Shown: one piece after another, positions 57,729 to 64,000 of the stretch
How positions within the stretch are numbered: position 1 is the first letter of the stretch
Layout: each line of letters starts with the position of its first letter
NCBI GenBank assembly: GCA_029012425.1
Contig: JAQXMB010000059.1
Span: 9,645 to 73,644, forward strand
Reading direction: 5' to 3'
DNA from: a bacterium
Lineage (GTDB): Bacteria > Bacillota > Clostridia > Lachnospirales > Lachnospiraceae
DNA: 64,000 bases
Notes under the pieces: generated by a model
What the model was told of the DNA's origin: nothing
Database searches by the model: none
Seen by the model: the letters and a program-made list of their open reading frames with translations, nothing else
Made by a program: the position numbers and the translations under genes

Positions 57729-58073
57729 ATGGAAAAAGACTTTACACCAACAGCCTTTGATTCACATTTACAAAATCATACGCTTCAGATATTAAAAACA
57801 GCGATTCCGTATATCCCGACCGAACGGCAATGTATGCTTGCAACAATCATAAAGGTCATGGAATTATCTCTTGCCAATTCGCTTTTTGAAAAGGAGGAGC
57901 CGGCACTTCAAATGTGTGAAGGTCAAAGCAGTTCCGCCCGTATGCTTCAGATGCTCGATGCGATACGACCGCTCTGTGACAGTTCAAGTCAATCCAGTAT
58001 TGACTTAATCACAAATATGGTATCTATGTATGACCTTTACGGAACAATGATGCAGGGAGGTACACAGTTATGA
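57729..58073 (+). CDS. Hypothetical protein, probably sporulation-associated
   Basis: AAAGGA SD; LQILKTAIPYIP motif; sigma-E-like TCATATT-13-CATATGTT upstream. Confidence 0.75.
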   Translation: MEKDFTPTAFDSHLQNHTLQILKTAIPYIPTERQCMLATIIKVMELSLANSLFEKEEPALQMCEGQSSSARMLQMLDAIRPLCDSSSQSSIDLITNMVSMYDLYGTMMQGGTQL

Positions 58074-58345
58074 CTCTGGATGAAATCATGGCAAGTAATC
58101 CCAATATCTCTCCGGAAAAGCTTGCATTATTAAAAGCATTTTCATCGATGCCAAGCAGCGGCGGGCAGGCTGCCATGCTTCAAAAGATGAAAGAATTTCA
58201 ATCAGAAGCTGCACGACAGAATCTTCAATTCACCTCGGACGAACAGCAGCTGCTGTTTCAGCTATTAACACAAAATCTATCGCCACAGGAAAAAGCAAGA
58301 GTAGATCAGATGATGATGATTTTGAATCGTTTTGGGAAAAGATAA
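58070..58345 (+). CDS. Hypothetical Gln/Met-rich protein coupled to the upstream ORF
   Basis: GGAGG SD, ATGA overlap; ISPEKLALL..FTSDEQQLL..LSPQEKAR. Confidence 0.78.
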   Translation: MTLDEIMASNPNISPEKLALLKAFSSMPSSGGQAAMLQKMKEFQSEAARQNLQFTSDEQQLLFQLLTQNLSPQEKARVDQMMMILNRFGKR

Positions 58346-58363
58346 TCGAATGTTCAAAAAATA

Positions 58364-58412
58364 AATCCCCTTAAGCAGTGTGAAAAAGCTTTCCTTTCTG
58401 CTTAAGGGGATT
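58364..58412. terminator. Bidirectional terminator
   Basis: 15-bp inverted repeat AATCCCCTTAAGCAG/CTGCTTAAGGGGATT. Confidence 0.8.
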
Positions 58413-58463
58413 CATATCTTTTCATTGTTATTTTTGTTTTGCAATGAACACTACGGAAATATT

Positions 58464-60554
58464 TTATTCTTCTGAATTGTCAAGCTTGCTTGCACGAGCT
58501 GCAATCTCTTTCTCCTGAACATCCGAAGGTGCCTGCTCATAACGGGCAAATTCATAAGAGAATTCTCCGGCACCACCGGTCATTGAACGAAGATCGGTGT
58601 TATAACCATACAACTCCGTATACGGAATATCAGCAAGAATCTCCTGCTTTTCTCCTTCGATCGGGTTCATTCCAAGCACACGGCCACGGCGCTTATTCAA
58701 ATCTCCCATAACATCACCGGTAAACTTATCGGGAACAATTACCTTAAGCGATGCAATTGGCTCAAGAAGAACCGGATTGGCATCCATAAATCCCTTTTTA
58801 AACGCCTGAGTAGCCGCAACCTTAAATGCCATCTCGGAAGAATCTACCGGATGATAAGATCCATCGTAGAGAACTGCCTTCACGCCAACTACCGGGTATG
58901 CAGCCATCGGTCCTTTGATTACAGCTTCCTGAATACCCTTCTCAACTGCCGGGAAGAAGTTCTTCGGAACTGCTCCTCCGACAACAATCTGATCAAAAGT
59001 ATATGCCGTCTCAAGATCACCGGAAGGCTCAAAGGTCATCTTAACATGTCCATACTGTCCGTGTCCTCCGGACTGTTTCTTATATTTATACTCTACATCG
59101 GCTTTTTTGCGAAGCGTTTCGCGAAAGGCAACCTTCGGTCTTGATAATTCAATATCAACTTTATACTTCGTAAGCAGCTTACTTGCAACAACCTCAAGCT
59201 GCTGCTCACCGATACCGTAAAGTAATGTCTGACCATTCTCGCTATCGTTCACAGCCTTTAAGGTAAGGTCTTCCTGTGCCATCTTCTGCAATGCCTGGGA
59301 AATCTTATCCTCATCGCCCTTATTCTTAGCCTTATATCTCATGTATGTATAAGGTGTTGACAGTGAAGTACGGATATAGACAATCGGGTTTGCCTTCGTA
59401 GAAAGCGAATCGGTTGTTGCAGCGGTTGTTAACTTCGCCAATGCACCGATATCTCCGGCGTGAAGCTCCTTAACTTCCTCAGCCTTTGCACCTCTCATGA
59501 CATAAAGCTTACCGATCTTGCCCTCAACATCCTTATGATAGTTATACATCAGATCATCTGTCTTGATAACTCCGGAATTAACCTTTATCAAAGAGTATTT
59601 TCCGATGAAAGGATCTACAATTGTCTTGAAAACATATGCTGACTTCGGTTTCGAGAAATCATAGTCTGCCTGATATACCTCATTTGTCTTTGCGTTGATA
59701 CCTGCACAGGTGCGACGATCCGGACTCGGGAGATATTTTACAATATCAACCATTAATGTATACATTCCTCTTGCAAGGATATTCGAGCCCATGAGTACAG
59801 GAACAATCGAGCCTTCTGCCACGCTGACACGAAGTGCCTGACGAATCTCGTCATCTGAGAACTCTTCTCCGCCAAAATAACGGTCCATAAATTCTTCACT
59901 GGTCTCTGCAACAGCTTCCATCAGAGCTTCACGACAGATTTCGAGATTACTCATCGAATAATCAGGAATGTCACATTTTTCTACAGTTCCATCCTCTTTC
60001 CAACGCTTTGCACGCTGCTGAATAACATTGACATATCCGACAAACTGTTCATTTTCTCGAATCGGCAGATGGAACGGAGCAATCTTCTTACCGTACATCT
60101 CCTGTAAATCTTCAACTACCTGACGATAACTTGCATTATCTATATCCATATCGGTAACAAAGAACATTCTGGGAAGCTTATATTTCTCACAGATTTCCCA
60201 TGCTTTCTTTGTTCCTACTTCGATGCCTGCTTTACCTGATACTACAATAATTGCTGCATCCGCAACAGCTACTGCTTCCTCAACTTCTCCAACAAAATCA
60301 AAATATCCGGGTGTATCTAAAATATTAATTTTATTTCCTTCCCACTCAATGGGTACTACAGATGTACTAATCGAAAAAGAACGCTTGATTTCTTCCTTAT
60401 CAAAGTCACTGATCGTATTTCCTTCACTAACTTTTCCCATACGGGTTGTCTGTCCAGCCAAATATGCCATTGCTTCAACAAGGCTGGTCTTACCCGCCCC
60501 TCCATGGCCTAATAGAACTACATTACGAATCTTGTCAGTTGTGTATACATTCAT
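58464..60554 (-). CDS. Elongation factor G paralog (EF-G2/FusA2-like)
   Basis: GHGGAGKT, DTPG, KKQSGGHGQYG, DGSYHPVDSSEMAF, LRSMTGG; outside the str operon. Confidence 0.93.
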   Translation of the reverse strand: MNVYTTDKIRNVVLLGHGGAGKTSLVEAMAYLAGQTTRMGKVSEGNTISDFDKEEIKRSFSISTSVVPIEWEGNKINILDTPGYFDFVGEVEEAVAVADAAIIVVSGKAGIEVGTKKAWEICEKYKLPRMFFVTDMDIDNASYRQVVEDLQEMYGKKIAPFHLPIRENEQFVGYVNVIQQRAKRWKEDGTVEKCDIPDYSMSNLEICREALMEAVAETSEEFMDRYFGGEEFSDDEIRQALRVSVAEGSIVPVLMGSNILARGMYTLMVDIVKYLPSPDRRTCAGINAKTNEVYQADYDFSKPKSAYVFKTIVDPFIGKYSLIKVNSGVIKTDDLMYNYHKDVEGKIGKLYVMRGAKAEEVKELHAGDIGALAKLTTAATTDSLSTKANPIVYIRTSLSTPYTYMRYKAKNKGDEDKISQALQKMAQEDLTLKAVNDSENGQTLLYGIGEQQLEVVASKLLTKYKVDIELSRPKVAFRETLRKKADVEYKYKKQSGGHGQYGHVKMTFEPSGDLETAYTFDQIVVGGAVPKNFFPAVEKGIQEAVIKGPMAAYPVVGVKAVLYDGSYHPVDSSEMAFKVAATQAFKKGFMDANPVLLEPIASLKVIVPDKFTGDVMGDLNKRRGRVLGMNPIEGEKQEILADIPYTELYGYNTDLRSMTGGAGEFSYEFARYEQAPSDVQEKEIAARASKLDNSEE

Positions 60555-60577
60555 ATAAAATACCCTCCTATCATTCT

Positions 60578-60672
60578 CTGACAGTTCAAGAACACCTCTT
60601 CGTTCTTGCTGCTAATACCTGTCAGTTTTAAGTACTTAGATACATTTTACTAAAACATCTCAAATATTACAA
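60578..60672 (-). promoter_or_regulatory. sigma-A promoter and structured 5' leader of the EF-G paralog
   Basis: TTGTAA-17-TAAAAT; leader stems CUGACAG/CUGUCAG and CAAGAAC/GUUCUUG. Confidence 0.6.
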
Positions 60673-60832
60673 CTATTTTATTTAATTTGCACAAAAAACT
60701 TCTGATTCCTTTCAATACACTTTTTTATAAAACAATCTGCTTCTCTCCTCTTTTCCACTTTAACGCGACGATGTTTTATGTTATAATCAGATTTATATGA
60801 CAATCTGTCATTTATCGGAAAGGAGCTTTTCT

Positions 60833-61930
60833 ATGGCTTTTCAAAAAATCGGTTTTATCGGACTGGGTCTGATCGGTGGTTCCATTGCCAAAACAATACG
60901 ACGAATTCATCCGGATATTAAACTTTATGCAACAAGCGGGCGGCAATCAACCATCGCTGACGCCTATCAAGAACATCTTATTGAAAATAAAACGATGCTT
61001 TCTCTTGAAGAACTGGCATCCTGTGATTTGATTTTTTTGTGCACACCTGTACAGAAAAATCTTGAATACCTGCGTGCAATCAAACCTTTTCTCAGAGAAG
61101 GTACGATTCTTACTGATGTCGGAAGTGTAAAATCGGATATTCATCATGCAGTCATCGAAGAGGGTCTTGAACACTGCTTTATCGGTGGACATCCAATGAC
61201 TGGTTCTGAAAAGACCGGACTGTCCAATGCCACAGCATACCTTCTCGAAAATGCATATTATATCATTACTCCCACAGCAAAAAGCCCCCAAGCAGCAGTC
61301 GACGAATTAACTGAGCTCGTTCGTTCCTTGGGCGCGCTGCCAATGGTAATGGATTATCGTGCACACGATCATGCGACAGCTACCATCTCACATCTTCCGC
61401 ATATCGTGGCAGCAACGCTTGTCAATCTTGTAAAAGAACTTGACGATGAGCAAGAAACCATGAAGACCATAGCTGCGGGTGGATTTAAAGATATAACCAG
61501 GATTGCATCGTCTTCTCCTGTTATGTGGGAGAGCATCTGTCTGTCCAATCAGGAACAGATACTCTCAATCATTGAAAGCTTTCGCGCACAGCTGGGTCAT
61601 ATTAAGGAACAAATTGCAAGTGCTGATGGTTCATCCATCCATTCGTTTTTCCAATCAGCCAAAGACTATCGTGATTCGATTCATGTCAAAGGCCGCGGCC
61701 CCATTAAGCCTGTCTTTGAGCTGTATTGTGACCTGATTGATGAGGCCGGTGGAATTGCGACGATTGCAACCATTCTTGCAAGCAATAATCTCAGTATTAA
61801 AAATATTGGAATTATTCATAACCGTGAATTTGAAGATGGTGTACTTCGCCTGGAACTTTATGACCAGGATTCTCTGGAAAAAACCGTTGAACTGTTACGA
61901 AAATATCATTATGTTGTTTATGAACGCTAA
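60833..61930 (+). CDS. tyrA: Prephenate dehydrogenase with C-terminal ACT-like domain
   Basis: GLGLIGGS, TDVGSVK, GGHPMTGSE, SHLPH, GGFKDITRIASS; SD AAGGAG. Confidence 0.94.
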   Translation: MAFQKIGFIGLGLIGGSIAKTIRRIHPDIKLYATSGRQSTIADAYQEHLIENKTMLSLEELASCDLIFLCTPVQKNLEYLRAIKPFLREGTILTDVGSVKSDIHHAVIEEGLEHCFIGGHPMTGSEKTGLSNATAYLLENAYYIITPTAKSPQAAVDELTELVRSLGALPMVMDYRAHDHATATISHLPHIVAATLVNLVKELDDEQETMKTIAAGGFKDITRIASSSPVMWESICLSNQEQILSIIESFRAQLGHIKEQIASADGSSIHSFFQSAKDYRDSIHVKGRGPIKPVFELYCDLIDEAGGIATIATILASNNLSIKNIGIIHNREFEDGVLRLELYDQDSLEKTVELLRKYHYVVYER

Positions 61931-61960
61931 GCAACCAGTAATACGAAAGGATCACTTCAT

Positions 61961-63247
61961 ATGGATATGACAATAAAAAAAGCGAACCGGCTTCGCGGTT
62001 CACTTACAATTCCCGGAGACAAATCAATTTCTCACCGAGCAATCATGTTTGGAGCAATTTCTCAGGGAAAAACAGAAATTACAAACTTTTTGCAGGGTGC
62101 TGATTGTCTCTCTACGATTGGCTGTTTCCGGGCCATGGGCGTTGACATTGACAATCAGGGCTCACAGATTATCATAAACGGCGTCGGATTAGATGGATTA
62201 AAGCAGCCATCTGCCCGTCTTGATGTTGGTAACAGCGGAACTACCATGCGATTGATTAGCGGTATTCTTTCCGGTCAAAAATTCTCCTGCGAATTAAATG
62301 GGGATGCTTCCATTCAAAAAAGACCAATGAAACGAATCATGGAACCACTTTCCATGATGGGCGCAAACATAAAAAGTCTTGCAAACAATGGATGTGCGCC
62401 GCTTGCAATTCAAGGGGCTACTCTCACGGGTATTCATTATCAGTCACCCGTTGCATCTGCCCAGGTAAAATCCTGTGTCTTGCTTGCCGGATTATATGCC
62501 GATTCACAAACTTCTGTCACAGAGCCTGCATTATCCCGCAATCATACAGAGCTTATGCTCTCTGCCTTTGGTGCAAATATCACTTCTGAAGGTACTACTG
62601 CTATGATTGAACCGCGTCCGAATCTATATGGACAGTCTGTTGAGGTTCCCGGCGATATTTCTTCTGCCGCATATTGGATTGCCGCCGGCCTTGCAGTTCC
62701 CAATTCAGAATTGGTTTTACACAATGTCGGAATCAATCCCACCCGCGATGGTATTCTTCGGGTTGTCGACGCGATGGGTGGAAATGTCCGGCGCGAGAAT
62801 GTTCGCACGGTTTCCGGTGAACTTGTATGTGATCTGGTTGTAACAAGCAGCAGCCTGCACGGAACAACCATTGAGGGGGATTTAATTCCCACTCTGATCG
62901 ATGAGATACCTGTTATCGCAGTACTTGCATGTTTTGCAGACGGAACAACCATCATCCGTGATGCACAGGAATTAAAGGTAAAGGAATCGAATCGCATTGA
63001 TACCGTCGTATCTGCACTTGCAGCAATGGGCGCAGATGTAACAGCAACCGACGACGGAATGATTATCCATGGTGGGAAACCGCTTCATGGTGCGGTTATC
63101 GATTCACATCTGGATCATCGAATTGCAATGTCTTTTGCAATTGCCGGACTACTTAGCGATGGTGAAACCAAAATCCTTCAGGCAGACAGTGTTGCGATAT
63201 CTTATCCTGATTTCTATGAATCCCTCAATCGCCTCATTTTATCATAA
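61961..63247 (+). CDS. aroA: EPSP synthase
   Basis: PGDKSISHR, GNSGTTMRL, SAQVKS, KESNRI, DHRIAM. Confidence 0.97.
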   Translation: MDMTIKKANRLRGSLTIPGDKSISHRAIMFGAISQGKTEITNFLQGADCLSTIGCFRAMGVDIDNQGSQIIINGVGLDGLKQPSARLDVGNSGTTMRLISGILSGQKFSCELNGDASIQKRPMKRIMEPLSMMGANIKSLANNGCAPLAIQGATLTGIHYQSPVASAQVKSCVLLAGLYADSQTSVTEPALSRNHTELMLSAFGANITSEGTTAMIEPRPNLYGQSVEVPGDISSAAYWIAAGLAVPNSELVLHNVGINPTRDGILRVVDAMGGNVRRENVRTVSGELVCDLVVTSSSLHGTTIEGDLIPTLIDEIPVIAVLACFADGTTIIRDAQELKVKESNRIDTVVSALAAMGADVTATDDGMIIHGGKPLHGAVIDSHLDHRIAMSFAIAGLLSDGETKILQADSVAISYPDFYESLNRLILS

Positions 63248-63250
63248 GCA

Positions 63251-63288
63251 TTGAAAAGGAGTCTGCAGACATGCAGACTCCTTTTCAA
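63251..63288. terminator. Bidirectional terminator between aroA and the PilZ gene
   Basis: 17-bp perfect inverted repeat TTGAAAAGGAGTCTGCA/TGCAGACTCCTTTTCAA. Confidence 0.88.
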
Positions 63289-63299
63289 TAACTCGTTTT

Positions 63300-63653
63300 C
63301 TATTCTTCTTCCTCTTCCGGATTTAACATCTGATAAATATTGATTTTCAGCGCATCCGACTCGACCAGACCAACAAATGTTGCCCCACACCGATAGTCAT
63401 TCTCCCCATCCTGTTTACAGTATACGATACGAATCACTGTCTCAAGAACTTCTTTGGTCCAAATCTGAATTCTTGTATTGTAAAGTGCTCCCTTCTCGAG
63501 TGACTGTGTGGAACGGAATCCCATTCCTGTACCGGACATATCAAGCACATCCACCTTCAACATTTTTACAGTTGTCAAATCTCCATGGTCAAGACGCTCC
63601 AGTTCAATCGACACATCAAGATCAAGTCTTCTGCTGTTTCTCTTTTCTTTCAT
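63300..63653 (-). CDS. Stand-alone PilZ-domain (c-di-GMP-binding) protein
   Basis: RxxxR (RNSRR) and DxSxxG (DMSGTG); start after AAGGAG. Confidence 0.88.
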   Translation of the reverse strand: MKEKRNSRRLDLDVSIELERLDHGDLTTVKMLKVDVLDMSGTGMGFRSTQSLEKGALYNTRIQIWTKEVLETVIRIVYCKQDGENDYRCGATFVGLVESDALKINIYQMLNPEEEEE

Positions 63654-63732
63654 AAGCCACTCCTTTATCATGCATTGTCAGTTCCATTGATACAACAATT
63701 ATACAATATGGTTTTGCAAATAGCCACTCCGT

Positions 63733-64000
63733 TTACTGAATGAACATAGCATCACCAAAAGAAAAGAATCGATATTGTTCTTTTACCGCCACTTCATATG
63801 CGTGCATAATGTTTTCACGACCTGCCAATGCACTTACAAGCATAACAAGTGTTGACTCCGGCAAATGAAAATTCGTGATCAGCGCATCAACAAGCTTAAA
63901 CTTATAACCGGGATAGATAAAGATATCCGTCCATCCACTCTGTGCACAAAGACTTCCGTCCTCCTGCGCAGCTGATTCCAATGTACGACAACTGGTGGTG
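63733..64000 (-). CDS. queA: SAM:tRNA ribosyltransferase-isomerase QueA (3' part only)
   Basis: [25 protein letters not shown]. Confidence 0.96.
   Translation of the reverse strand, partial: TTSCRTLESAAQEDGSLCAQSGWTDIFIYPGYKFKLVDALITNFHLPESTLVMLVSALAGRENIMHAYEVAVKEQYRFFSFGDAMFIQ

Noticed and set aside
1-64000. CRISPR array, tRNA/rRNA, IS/integrase/prophage, defence island
   Set aside because: No regularly spaced repeats, RNA-gene signatures or mobile-element proteins; all intergenic gaps are under 300 nt.

Overview
Core-chromosome segment of a low-GC, spore-forming Clostridia genome. Gene content and order look Lachnospiraceae-like (inference). It holds about 60 mostly intact genes, nearly all on the minus strand: rsmD(partial)-pncC-pgsA-rimO-rpoZ-gmk-remA-yicC / rqcH / SASP / recG-DAK2-asp23 / rpmB / gerW-DUF2953 / NUDIX-PBP-ftsW-U32-zapA-ruvBA-miaB-DUF896 / cheR-rpsA-ispH-cmk-HI0933-rpiR-L,D-transpeptidase / a five-gene biotin-dependent Na+-decarboxylase cluster / dacB / xpt / folD-ftsK-uppP-tepA-glgA / yebC / mazF-alr-nnr-rex-ABC-F-icd / four small sporulation-like genes / EF-G paralog / tyrA-aroA / PilZ / queA(partial). 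I found no rRNA, tRNA, CRISPR array, transposase, integrase or phage genes, and no large novel multi-gene system. The best leads are small-scale. (1) An antitoxin-less MazF whose Shine-Dalgarno is locked in a hairpin on the alr read-through mRNA but would be free on a transcript from an overlapping forespore sigma-F/G-like promoter. (2) Two small membrane ORFs missed by the ORF track (45 aa and 27 aa). (3) A sigma-E/K-signed cluster including a Cys/Gly-rich duplicated peptide. (4) A REP/MITE-like palindrome in a 5'UTR. (5) Candidate Rex and Fur/PerR operators. (6) An EF-G paralog with degenerate GTPase motifs and a structured leader. All family calls come from motif recognition; no searches were run.
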